From: Macrostomum lignano
Taxonomy: Eukaryota
Direction of reading: 5' to 3'
NCBI GenBank assembly: GCA_002269645.1
Contig: NIVC01003718.1
Span: 16,852 to 80,851, forward strand
Length of the DNA: 64,000 bases
The notes beneath the pieces are model-generated. The model did no database searches. It worked only from the letters and a program-made list of their open reading frames with translations, and was not told the origin of the DNA. A program made the position numbers and the translations under genes. Of the stretch, positions 25,182 through 37,319 are shown one piece after another (within the stretch, counting starts at the first letter, position 1; each line of letters starts with the position of its first letter).

Positions 25182-28100
25182 GCCGACAGAGAGCTTAACG
25201 GTACTTTAGTTGGCCTGTGTAACGCTGAGACAGCAAGGTTTGGCCCAACTGAAGATTTCTATTCTATTACTGTGAGTAGTGCTGTGGTATTTGAAATTTG
25301 CTTTCGTATTAAACACTTATTAGATGACGAGGCATCAGTGTGTATAAATACTGTCATAGTTACTCTCGCCGTTTACCCTAATTGACCAATGTTATTTTGT
25401 TGAAGGGCGTGGTGGTCAACGCTGCTCCAATTAACGGCTGCGAGCCGCTGCAGCCACCGCCTTATCCGCGCAACGATTCGCTGGTTTGGATCGCCCTTCT
25501 AGCCAGAGATTCAGGCGCCAGCGGCTGCTACTTTGATAGGAAAATTCTCAACGCACAGAAGGCCGGATTTGGAGCTGCTCTCATTTATAACTATGAGAAC
25601 ACTATAAACGCTATGCAGGCCTCTAGTCGTGAGTTGTTCTTATTCCATTTAATTTAGTTTTATTCGTTGCTATAGAAACTAATATTAATGATGCTTGTGT
25701 TGCTAAGCAATTCGAGTCGAGGCTGTGGGTAAGGAATTATTATTTAGTATTGGTGCGTTCGTTGCTATGGTAAATAGCATCGTAGCTGTTAGTTGCTAGG
25801 GCGACTATTTCCAGTGATTTGGTTTCTAGGGGACTGCTGTCAGTGCTTTGGTTGCTAGAGCGAATATTGCCTGTTTTTTGGTTGCTAGGGAGAATGTTGT
25901 CGGTTGGTTGCTAGGGCGAATGTTGTCGGTTGGTGCTAGGGAAAGTGTTGTCGGTTGGTTGCTAGGGAGAATGTTGTCGGTTGGTTGCTAGGGCGAGTGT
26001 TGTCGGTTGGTTGCTAGGGCGAATGTTGTCGGTTGGTTGCTAGGGCGAATGTTGTCGGTTGGTTGCTAGGGAGAATGTTGTCGTTTGGTTGTTATAGAGA
26101 GTGTTGTCGGTTGGTTGCTAGGGCGAATGTTGTTGGTTGGTTGCTAGGGAGAATTGCCAGTGTTTTTGTAGCTCGTAGTGTCAGTGGTTTAGTTGCTAGG
26201 GTAAATAGTGTCATTGGTTTGGTTGTTAGGGGGAAATGTATCGATGCTGTGGTTCCTAAGGAGAAAGAGTGCCAGTGCATTGGTCGCTAATGAGACTGGT
26301 ATCTCTGTTTGTGTTGCCATGTGAAGCAGAGCCTCTTGATACGTCTTATTGAATTGCCGAAAAATATTCCAGTTGGCAGCAAAGTGCTCATCCCTGCTGC
26401 CATGGTAACGCGCTCCTGTGGCACGCTTCTGCAAGAGAAGTTTGTCTACAGTCCAGAGCGGGATTCCCGGTTCAATGTGGCATTTCGCGAGTACTTCAGC
26501 TTCGATTTCAACGTCTACGTGATCTCCTTTGTGGCTATTATCTGCACCAGCTTCATTCTGTTCGCTCTGCTCTGGGTGAGTCTATTATCTGCACCAGCTT
26601 CATTCTGTTCGCTCTGCTCTGGGTGAGTCTATTATCTGCACCAGCTTCATTCTGTTCGCTCTGCTCTGGGTGAGTCTATTATCTGCACCAGCTTCATTCT
26701 GTTCGCTCTGCTCTGGGTGAGTCTATTATCTGCACCAGCTTCATTCTGTTCGCTCTGCTCTGGGTGAGTCTATTATCTGCACCGGCTTCATTCTGTTCGC
26801 TCTGCTCTGGGTGAGTCTACATGCAAAAATGGCACATTAACAAGAAAAAAATGCAAATTGACAAGCAAAAATGGCACATCAACAAGAAAAAATGCAAATT
26901 GACAAGCAAAAATAGCACATCAACAAGAAAAAAATGCAAATTGACAAGCAAAAATGGTTTGAGAGCTTGAGAATTTCGCCTACAAACTTGCAGACTGGCT
27001 GGCTTATTCATTATACAACAATATCTACAAGCAAAAAATGGCACATCTGCAAACAAAAGTGGCACATCTACATACATGCGCAAAGTCGGCCGAGTCGGCC
27101 GATTCGGCCGACCGATTTGGCGGCCAACCAAAGAAGTCGCAAAAATGCCCACCCGAAAAAAACACCCCAAGTAGTAGTACTAAGTAGCTGACGAGGCATT
27201 TTGGCTTAACAAGACAGTCATAGTTACTCTTGCCGTTTACCCAAAGTTGCGTTAATTTTGCTCTAGGGTTTTTTACATGTAAGTCACATTTTTGGCCAAA
27301 AACTAAGTCGCACGGCCGACCGAATTTTGGAGGATGCGCATGTATGCACATCTACAAGCAAAAATGGCACATCTGCACATCTACAAGCAAAAATGGCATA
27401 TCAGAACCCAAAACTGGCAAATTCACAATCAAAATTGACCCACCTTCTGAATTGCTGAATTCCGCTAGGCATTCCGCTGGATTCGCGACCGGCGCATCAG
27501 ACAGCGAAGCCGTCTGTCTCGGTCCAGTTTGAAAAAGCTTAAAGTGAAAAAGTTTGATAAGGGTGAGCAGTTTTATTTTTAATATTGGTTCAACAGCTTC
27601 ATTACTGTTCTCTGTTGTCTGTAGTTCATTATAATCATTGGCCGAATTCCTATTATAACAACACATTGGCTGGCAGGCACTGATCCCTACGAGTGCTGCG
27701 CAATCTGTCTGGAAGACTTTGAGCCTGGCGACAAGCTCAGAATTCTGCCGTGCAACCATGGTGAGTAACTCGTTTGGATTGAGACATTTGGGACAGTGGG
27801 ATCTGCGACTTCAGGAGGTTCAAGATATGAGAGTTAGGGTGAGATATGAGAGTTAGGGAGAGATATGAGATATAGAGTGAGATATGAGACTTCGAGAGAG
27901 ATATGAGACTTCGAATGAGATATGAGACTTCGAGTGAGATATGAGACTTCGAGTGAGAAATGAGACTTCGAGTGAGATATGAGATTAAAGGTGATATATG
28001 AGTCTAAGGGTGAGAATATGAGACCTAAAAATGGATGATTCGACTTTTTCTCGAGAATCAAGCGCGCGTTAGCCACTATGGCCACCCGCCCGGACACCCG

Positions 28101-29418
28101 CAGCCTACCACATGAAGTGCATCGATCCCTGGCTACTGAAGAATCGCAGCTGCTGCCCAGTCTGCAAGCGTCGCGTTTTCCCGCGTCAACCCGGCGAAGC
28201 CGCCGAAGAAGGCGACTCCGACGTCGAGTCCGGCGCCGGCGCCAATTCCAATGGCGCCGAGTCGATCGGCGGGACGTCGGGCGCGGGCGCCGTTGGAGCC
28301 GCAGCCCCTGTTGCCGCCGTCGCTGGCGCGGAGACCGGAAACGCCGGAAACGCCGGAAGCAGCGGTGGGCGAGCGGACGGCGAGCGAACGCCACTGCTGT
28401 CGTCGTCCAACTCTTCGAGCGTCGCTAGCGGAGGCAGCTTCGGCGCGGTCGGCTCAAGCGGCGCCCGGGCAGCTTTCGACAATCCGGGTAGGCTGTTAGA
28501 CTATTGGGTCATTGTCTCCGGTTTTGGGTCATTGTACTCGGTTTTGGGTCATTGTCCCCGGTTTTGGGTCATTTTCCCAGTTTTTGGGTCATTGTACTCG
28601 GTTTTGGGTCATTGTCCCCGGTTTTGGGTCATTGCCCTCGGTTTAGGGTCATTGTCCCCGGTTTTGGGTCATTGTCCTCGGTTTTGGGTTATTGTCCTCG
28701 GTTTTGGGTCATTGGGCCAGCCTCCTAGAATGTCAGTTACTGGGCCAGCCTCCCAGAGTGTCAGTTGCTGGGCCAGCCTCCCAGAGGGTCGGTTGCTGGG
28801 CCAGCCTCCCAGAGTGTCAGTTGCTGGGCCAGCCTCTCAGAGTGTCAGTTGCTGGGCCAGCCTCCCAGAGTGTCAGTTGCTGGGCCAGCCTCCCAGAGTG
28901 TCAGTTGCTGGGCCAGCCTCCCAGAGTGTCAGTTGCTGGGCCAGCCTCCCAGAGTGTCAGTTGCTGGGCCAGCCTCCCAGAGTGTCAGTTGCTGGGCCAG
29001 CCTCTCAGAGTGTCAGTTGCTGGGCCAGCCTCCCAGAGTGTCAGTTGCTGGGCCAGCCTCCCAGAGTGTCAGTTGCTGGGCCAGCCTCTCAGGCCGTTGC
29101 CTTCATGATTTCACAATTATTAAATCTCACTGATCAGCTCTACACCTGCAAGACGAACTGGCATCGGCTCTGGCTGACACCGCATCCGCGATTCCTGATG
29201 ATGTGACCCGCTCTGAGCAGCAACAGCATAGCAACGGCGGTTCCAGTTTGAGCAGCTGCAGCAGCAGCAGCACCGTTTCAGTCACTTCTCTGACCACCAG
29301 CGCTGATGGTCAGGTTGAAGAAGACGGCCATCATCAACAATCTGTCGAAGTGCTGGCCGAGGTGTGCGTTCATCAACCTGACGAAGCCGGCTCCAAGAAT
29401 GAGAACCCGCGAGTGTGA
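25182..29418 (+). CDS. RNF13: PA-TM-RING-H2 E3 ubiquitin ligase (RNF13/RNF167/godzilla type), 5'-incomplete model
   Basis: In-phase exons 25182-25271, 25406-25628, 26373-26575, 27469-27562, 27677-27760, 28104-28487, 29138-29418. PA domain (ARFG; C.F..KILNAQKAG..AALIYN), TM segment, [63 protein letters not shown] at 29648. Signal-peptide exon not found. Confidence 0.9.
25780..26230. repeat. 26-bp intronic minisatellite (TTGCTAGGGCGAATGTTGTCGGTTGG)
   Basis: gcta at 25987, 26013 and 26039. Confidence 0.85.
26535..26816 (+). repeat. 47-bp tandem repeat x6 made of the exon 3' end plus the splice donor
   Basis: TGG|GTGAGT at 26576, 26623, 26670, 26717, 26764 and 26811. Confidence 0.95.
27826..28025. 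repeat. 19-bp intronic minisatellite (GAGATATGAGACTTCGAGT)
   Basis: atatgag at 27901, 27920 and 27939. Confidence 0.85.
28505..28712. repeat. 20-bp intronic minisatellite (GTTTTGGGTCATTGTCCCCG)
   Basis: Direct 20-bp periodicity. Confidence 0.9.
28713..29092. repeat. 28-bp intronic minisatellite (TGGGCCAGCCTCCCAGAGTGTCAGTTGC)
   Basis: cctccc at 28861 and 28889. Confidence 0.95.
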
Positions 29419-29689
29419 TCGGCTCCTCTGATATATAATAAATAAGAGATGCTATGACTAACTTTCATGCGCACCGTATACTACTGCGGCTAATGTTTCA
29501 TATTTTCTATTGTTGTTGCTGTAATTAAGCAGAGTTTGCGTAGATTTTATGTAATAGTATGAGTAATACGAGTTAGTCGAATCTATTTTTGTTATTGATT
29601 TTTTTTTCAGAAGCAAACAGAATTGTCTTGCTGTTTATTTATAACTCAATAAATCTTTGTAGGACTCTAAGATCTAATGATCCTAAAGT

Positions 29690-30000
29690 CTTGATAACTG
29701 CTAATCCTATGATTAAATAATCCTATGATCCAAAAATCCCATAATCCAAAAATCCCATGATCAAATAATCTCATGATCAAATAATCCTATGATAAAAAAT
29801 CCCATGATTCGAAAATCCCATGATAAAATATCCCATGATCAAATAATCCCATGATCCAAAAGTCCCACGATAAAAAATCCCATGATCAAATAATCCCATT
29901 AACAAAAAGTCTCATAATCATATAATCCCATGGTAAAAAATCCCATGATCAAATAATCACATGATTCAAAAATCCCATGTTCACAATGACCCAGGATCCC
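29690..30000. repeat. Degenerate ~17-bp repeat (AAATAATCCCATGATC)
   Basis: Recurrent aatcccatgat. Confidence 0.75.
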
Positions 30001-31149
30001 GTTATCCTAAGATTAAGATGCCTTTTAATCCCATGACCGAATGATCATGTATGATTCAAAGATTCGACGAAAGGATTTTATTGCATGTGTATAATGCCTT
30101 CTCTGATCTCAAGACGAAGACAGTGTGGCAACCGATTACAATTTGTTTTTTTTTCTTTAACCCTACTCACAGTAGTATCAACAAGTTTTTGTTGAATTTC
30201 TCGCCACTTAAATTAACTTACATACCATCAGTCAGTGTACACAATTTGTTTATGTTTTTATTACTGCGCTTTCTAAGAAAAACTATTTTAACTCGTAATT
30301 AATTCATCAAAACATTCTCTCTTTTATTGTTTTGTGCGTGCGTTTAAATTTGTTTAATTTTTTTTTTTGTTTATACATCTGCTCCAATTAATTGTCTATA
30401 AATTTGTCTTTATTTTTGCTTGATCCGCGAGTGTGCTGTTTGAATTGCAATATGTGTAAAAATAATTAGTGCGTCATTGCGTCATTCAATATCAATCTAC
30501 AAGTAGAGCCATTACTAGAGTTGTAATATTCTCTATTACAAAAATGATTTCATTTCGTTGTGTCTTAATATTTTCTTGTATTTTTTACATTTTATTTTGC
30601 GTTTTTGGTAAGAAGCTTTAAAAATTTTATTACATACAGTATCTTAAATAGCCAGTTGATTTCAAGTTAGTGGCACAATGATTTTTAAGTTGTCAAGAGA
30701 ATTTTATGGCTCACGCCATCTTGATGCAATTCTAATAAAGCAATTATTACTCATATTTCCTAATAAAAAACTGTATTTTATCGAGTTTTGTATTGTGCAG
30801 AAGAGCTAGTTAGCTTACATTTCGGCTGCAAAGTCTCCCACTGTGCCCCATACGCACCATTTCGCTTTAGTTTGGGAGTTTTTCAATTTGTAAAATAACT
30901 CAATTATTTTTTGTTAACTGAGTGCTCGCTTCAACAATTTTATAAGCAAATAAAAGGAAATATTGATTGATTGATTGATTACCTTACTCGGAAAGAATAT
31001 TCAGATTTTATAAAATTTGTTTATTTAAAAAACAACGCTCGATTTGTTATATTTTTGTCTTGCATTTTTTGCTTGATTGTGATTGACCATTAACTGTCAT
31101 AAAAATTGCTGACGATTTTTTCCTATAAGTATTGTTCACAGATTTCGAG

Positions 31150-34100
31150 AGGTCTTCTAAACTTTTCTAAGAATCGCACACAGTATGCTATCAGTTTCCC
31201 GCAATATTGTAACAATCGCACACAATATCCTAAGAATCGCCCATAATATCCTGAGAATCGCCCAAAATATCCTAATAATCGTATAAGATATCCTGAGAAT
31301 CGCACACAATATCCTGAGAATCGCCCAAAATATCCTAATAATCGTATAAGATATCCTAAGAATAGCACACAATATCCTGAGAATCGCACACAATATCCTA
31401 AGAATCGCACACAATATCCTAAGAATCGCACACAATATCCTAAGAATCGCACACAATATCCTAAGAATCGCACACAATATCCTAAGAATCGGACACAATA
31501 TCCTAAGAATCGGACACAATATCCTAAGAATCGGACACAATATCCTAAGAATCGGACACAATATCCTAAGAATCGGACACAATATCCTAAGAATCGGACA
31601 CAATATCCTAAGAATCGCACACAATATCATAAGAATCGCACACAATATCCTAAGAATCGGACACAATATCCTAAGAATCGGACACAATATCCTAAGAATC
31701 GGACACAATATCCTAAGAATCGCACACAATATCCTAAGAATCGGACACAATATCCTAAGAATCGCACACAATATCCTAAGAATCGTATAAGATATCCTGA
31801 GAATCGCACACAATATCCTGAGAATCGCCCAAAATATCCTAATAATCGTATAAGATATCCTAAGAATAGCACACAATATCCTGAGAATCGCACAAAATAT
31901 CCTAAAAATCGCACACAATATCCTAAGAATCGCACACAATATCCTAAGAATCGCACACAATATCCTAAGAATCGACACAATATCCTAAGAATCGCACACA
32001 ATATCCTAAGAATCGGACACAATATCCTAAGAATCGGACACAATATCCTAAGAATCGCATACAATATCCTAAGAATCGCACACAATATCCTAAGAATCGG
32101 ACACAATATCCTAAGAATCGGACACAATATCCTAAGAATCGGACACAATATCCTAAGAATCGGACACAATATCCTAAGAATCGCACACAATATCCTAAGA
32201 ATCGCATACAATATGCTGAGAATCGCACACAATATCCTAAGAATCGTCCACAATATGCTGAGAGTTGCACACAATATCCTAAGAATCGCCCACAATATCA
32301 TAAGAATCGGACACAATATCCTAAGAATCGGACACAATATCCTAAAAATCGGACACAATATCCTAAAAATCGCACACAATATCCTAAGAATCGCACACAA
32401 TATCCTAAGAATCGCACATAATATCATATGAATCGCACACAATATCCTAAGAATCGGACACAATATCCTAAGAATCGGACACAATATCCTAAGAATCGGA
32501 CACAATATCCTAAGAATCGCACACAATATCCTAAGAATCGCATACAATATGCTGAGAATCGCACACAATATCCTAAGAATCGTCCACAATATGCTGAGAG
32601 TTGCACACAATATCCTAAGAATCGGACACAATATCCTAAGAATCGGACACAATATCCTAAGAATCGGACACAATATCCTAAAAATCGGACACAATATCCT
32701 AAAAATCGCACACAATATCCTAAGAATCGCACACAATATCCTAAGAATCGCACACAATATCATATGAATCGCACACAATATCCTAAGAATCGCACACAAT
32801 ATCCTAAGAATCGGACACAATATCCTAAGAATCGGACACAATATCCTAAGAATCGCACACAATATCCTAAGAATCGCATACAATATGCTGAGAATCGCAC
32901 ACAATATCCTAAGAATCGTCCACAATATGCTGAGAGTTGCACACAATATCCTAAGAATCGGACACAATATCCTAAGAATCGCACACAATATCCTAAGAAT
33001 CGTATAAGATATCCTGAGAATCGCACACAATATCCTGAGAATCGCCCAAAATATCCTAATAATCGTATAAGATATCCTAAGAATAGCACACAATATCCTA
33101 AGAATCGCACAAAATATCCTAAAAATCGCACACAATATCCTAAGAATCGCACACAATATCCTAAGAATCGCACACAATATCCTAAGAATCGGACACAATA
33201 TCCTAAGAATCGCACACAATATCCTAAGAATCGGACACAATATCCTAAGAATCGGACACAATATCCTAAGAATCGCATACAATATCCTAAGAATCGCACA
33301 CAATATCCTAAGAATCGGACACAATATCCTAAGAATCGGACACAATATCCTAAGAATCGAACACAATATCCTAAGAATCGGACACAATATCCTAAGAATC
33401 GCACACAATATCCTAAGAATCGCATACAATATGCTGAGAATCGCACACAATATCCTAAGAATCGTCCACAATATGCTGAGAGTTGCACACAATATCCTAA
33501 GAATCGCCCACAATATCATAAGAATCGGACACAATATCCTAAGAATCGGACACAATATCCTAAAAATCGCACACAATATCCTAAGAATCGCACACAATAT
33601 CCTAAGAATCGCACATAATATCATATGAATCGCACACAATATCCTAAGAATCGGACACAATATCCTAAGAATCGGACACAATATCCTAAGAATCGGACAC
33701 AATATCCTAAGAATCGCACACAATATCCTAAGAATCGCATACAATATGCTGAGAATCGCACACAATATCCTAAGAATCGTCCACAATATGCTGAGAGTTG
33801 CACACAATATCCTAAGAATCGCCCACAATATCATAAGAATCGCACACAATATCCTAAGAATCGCACACAATATCCTAAGAATCGCACACAATATCCTAAG
33901 AATCGCACACAATATCCTAAGAATCGGACACAATATCCTAAGAATCGGACACAATATCCTAAGAATCGGACACAATATCCTAAGAATCGGACACAATATC
34001 CTAAGAATCGGACACAATATCCTAAGAATCGGACACAATATCCTAAGAATCGCACACAATATCATAAGAATCGCACACAATATCCTAAGAATCGCACACA

Positions 34101-34960
34101 ATATCCTAAGAATCGGACACAATATCCTAAGAATCGCACACAATATCATAAGAATCGCACACAATATCCTAAGAATCGCACACAATATCATAAGAATCGC
34201 ACACAATATCCTAAGAATCGGACACAATATCCTAAGAATCAGACACAATATCCTAAGAATCGCACACAATATCATAAGAATCGCACACAATATCCTAAGA
34301 ATCGCACACAATATCATAAGAATCGCACACAATATCCTAAGAATCGCATACAATATCCTAAGAATCGGACACAATATCCTAAAAATCGGACACAATATCC
34401 TAAAAATCGGACACAATATCCTAAGAATCGCACACAATATCCTAAGAATCGCATACAATATCCTAAGAATCGTCCACAATATGCTGAGAGTTGCACACAA
34501 TATCCTAAGAATCGCCCACAATATCATAAGAATCGGACACAATATGCTGAGAGTTGCACACAATATCCTAAGAATCGCCCACAATATCATAAGAATCGGA
34601 CACAATATGCTGAGAGTTGCACACAATATCCTAAGAATCGCACACAATATCCTAAGAATCGGACACAATATCCTAAGAATTGGACACAATATCCTAAGAA
34701 TCGCATACAATATCCTAAGAATCGTCCACAATATGCTGAGAGTTGCACACAATATCCTAAGAATCGCCCACAATATCATAAGAATCGGACACAATATGCT
34801 GAGAGTTGCACACAATATCCTAAGAATCGCCCACAATATCATAAGAATCGGACACAATATCCTAAGAATCGGACACAATATCCTAAGAATCGCACACAAT
34901 ATCCTAAGAATCGCACATAATATCATATGAATCGCACACAATATCCTAAGGATCACATAC
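31150..34960. repeat. 3.8-kb 21-bp minisatellite (TAAGAATCGCACACAATATCC), ~180 units with higher-order structure
   Basis: 7-aa periodic shadow ORFs. Variant cassettes recur (ataatatcatatgaatc near 32418, 33615, 34917). Confidence 0.97.
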
Positions 34961-36072
34961 AATCTTCTTTAAAAGAATCTCATAATTTCTTGTCTTAGCT
35001 AAAGTTTTACTGGTTAGGTAATACTTTCCAGACTCGTATATATAAACCTTAGTAGCTTAATTTGCTACTCTATAGCAGCTGGGTGAGCTGGAGACAATCT
35101 TTACTCATGGTAGGCTGCCTTACAAGATGACTAACCACGGAGAACTCCGATTAACTTGCGGGTGCTTGCAACGAATGCTGTGACCAGTGGAGTTACACAA
35201 GATCGCCTACATAAAAAGAGTATCATCTTGCATTTTTAATCACGGCCGTGGCTGGAATATCGCAACCCTAATATAGGCTTTGGTGAGGATCGGGCCAAAT
35301 CATAATTTGAAGATAGCCGGAAGTGGCCGCCGAGTTGCTGCTGTTTCTGACTCTGCGGGGGTTGGTGGACAGCTAGAGAAGAGGTGGGTTCGTTTCCGCA
35401 GTCTCTCTTCTAGTTGAAGTCAGAGGGAAAGAAAGCCTCGCTCACTTGTTATGAAGAAGATTCTGTCTCTCTCTCCGTTCGCGAAATTGGCTTCGACTCG
35501 GCTTAATCCCGCGCCTCACCTCGGATAATACAGCCCGAGCGAAGGGATCGGCCCGTGAGCGATCCTCTCTCCGCTCTCCTCTCCTGAAATGGATTTTTTT
35601 ATTTTTATTGAAGACGGCCTCTCCAGCTTAATTGGGTAGGTCAGCAGAGAGAAGGAGAGAGCGCGCGCCCCTGCGCTAAGGACGGTTATCAATTACCGTC
35701 CTATATGCTGCATGCCTTTCTAAGGACTTCGGCTCAGAGACTTGAGTCCTTATCCTTGCCAATATCTCTAGGCTCAGTGTGAAGAATGCCGGCCAAACCC
35801 CTTCATCCTCCCCTGATTTTCTCTCCGTGTGCGTCTGGGTGTCTGGCCAGTCATAGAGAGAAGCTTTCAAGTTTGCCTGCAGAATGATATATTATGATGG
35901 AGAACTGATGTTTTGCATCTTTGAAGCAGAGCCTGTCGTACGTTCAGTACTTATCTGTTGGCCTCTGTCCCTCATGGCCGGATCAATTAATAAACCTGCG
36001 TCTTGGCCGTCCTCCAGAAGCTTCTCTTAGTCTTAAGTGGGCTAGTTCCAGCTGCTGCAGCCTGCCAGAAAG

Positions 36073-36075
<3 letters not shown>

Positions 36076-36117
<42 letters not shown>
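36076..36117. repeat. (CA)n microsatellite
   Basis: Read directly. Confidence 0.95.
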
Positions 36118-36119
<2 letters not shown>

Positions 36120-37319
36120 CACTCTAGTAGCCCTATACTCATTTCTCTTTCCCTACTCCTTGAGTCCCCCCTTCGTCCGCCGCTATAGCTGGATGCTGAT
36201 TGTCGGTCGAACTGTCATCTGTCTGTCCGTCTGTCTGTCTTTCTCTCTCTCCTTCCGTTTCTTGCAACTCGTCTGTGTCGCCGTGAGCGAGCGGACTGGC
36301 TAGCTACGAGTATATTTATAGAAATAGTTCGACTCTCATCTTTCGCTTTTCTCTTCGGTAGTGTTTTTTATTTATATAATTCAGCGGTTTTTCTATTAAC
36401 TTCTGCACGCTCTATCGCATTATTGCGTAGCGGAGAGCGGCGCCGCTTGGACAAGCTGGTTTTAAAGCGCGGCTGTTGGGGTTGCTGGCTTTTGTTGGGG
36501 GGTTGGCTTTTGGAGCCTCGCGCTCAGACAGTTCAATGTACGTCTAGGACCAATGTACATTTAAACTAAGTCGTCTAATGCAGGTTTCCCTCTGCTTGTT
36601 GGCTCGGTGTTGAGGTTGGTTGGAGCGCCAATGTACGTTGACGCGGACTGACCAGATAAACTATCATACGAGCGTAGAACTTATCGCATAAGAACTTGAA
36701 TAACTGCGAGTGAAGCTAATTGTATTTTACTCGCCAGCAAGGGGCCCACCGCCCAAGGAGGGTGGTCACGACTGGCATGCCATTGGCTGATACTGCGTGT
36801 GTAATTCTCTCCCTTCGACTGCAGATTGAGTGCAGTCTGTGCCAGGGAGTAGTAGTCGCAGACAGCTGAGAGCAGAGGGGGGCAGAGCTCTCTAGACCTC
36901 GACCTCGCAGTTGGCCAGCCAGTCTCACGCAGAGTTTTCTTTCTTTTCTCTCTTCCGAGCTGGCGCGTGTGCCGCCCCTCCCTCTATCTACTCTTCCTCT
37001 TTCTCCTGCCTCTCCTTGGCCCTCTTTCTCTGCCTCTGGCGTCAATTTTTTTTGCTTTTGCTTGGCACTGGCGTGTTGCCTTTTTTTCTAAACAGGCGCG
37101 AGCGCTCACGCACCCCAAAAAGAGAGACACAATAATTCTGGGTGACGAACGAAGAAAACGAGTCGAGGTATAGGTGTCTCCAAAGTCGAAAAAAGTAATT
37201 AAGTCACGAAGAAAACGGACTCGGACTAGTAACGGCGAAAGTAGGATTATAACGCGATCCGGAGTCTCCCCTAAATTCTAGAGCCAGACAGGCGAGGTCT
37301 TGCTAATACTTGTTCATCC

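Noticed and set aside
31123-34962. Very long ORFs (up to 1111 aa) of ILRILCA / KNRTQYP / FLGYCVR repeats
   Set aside because: The 21-bp monomer lacks stops in several frames on both strands; no flanking unique coding sequence or splice context.
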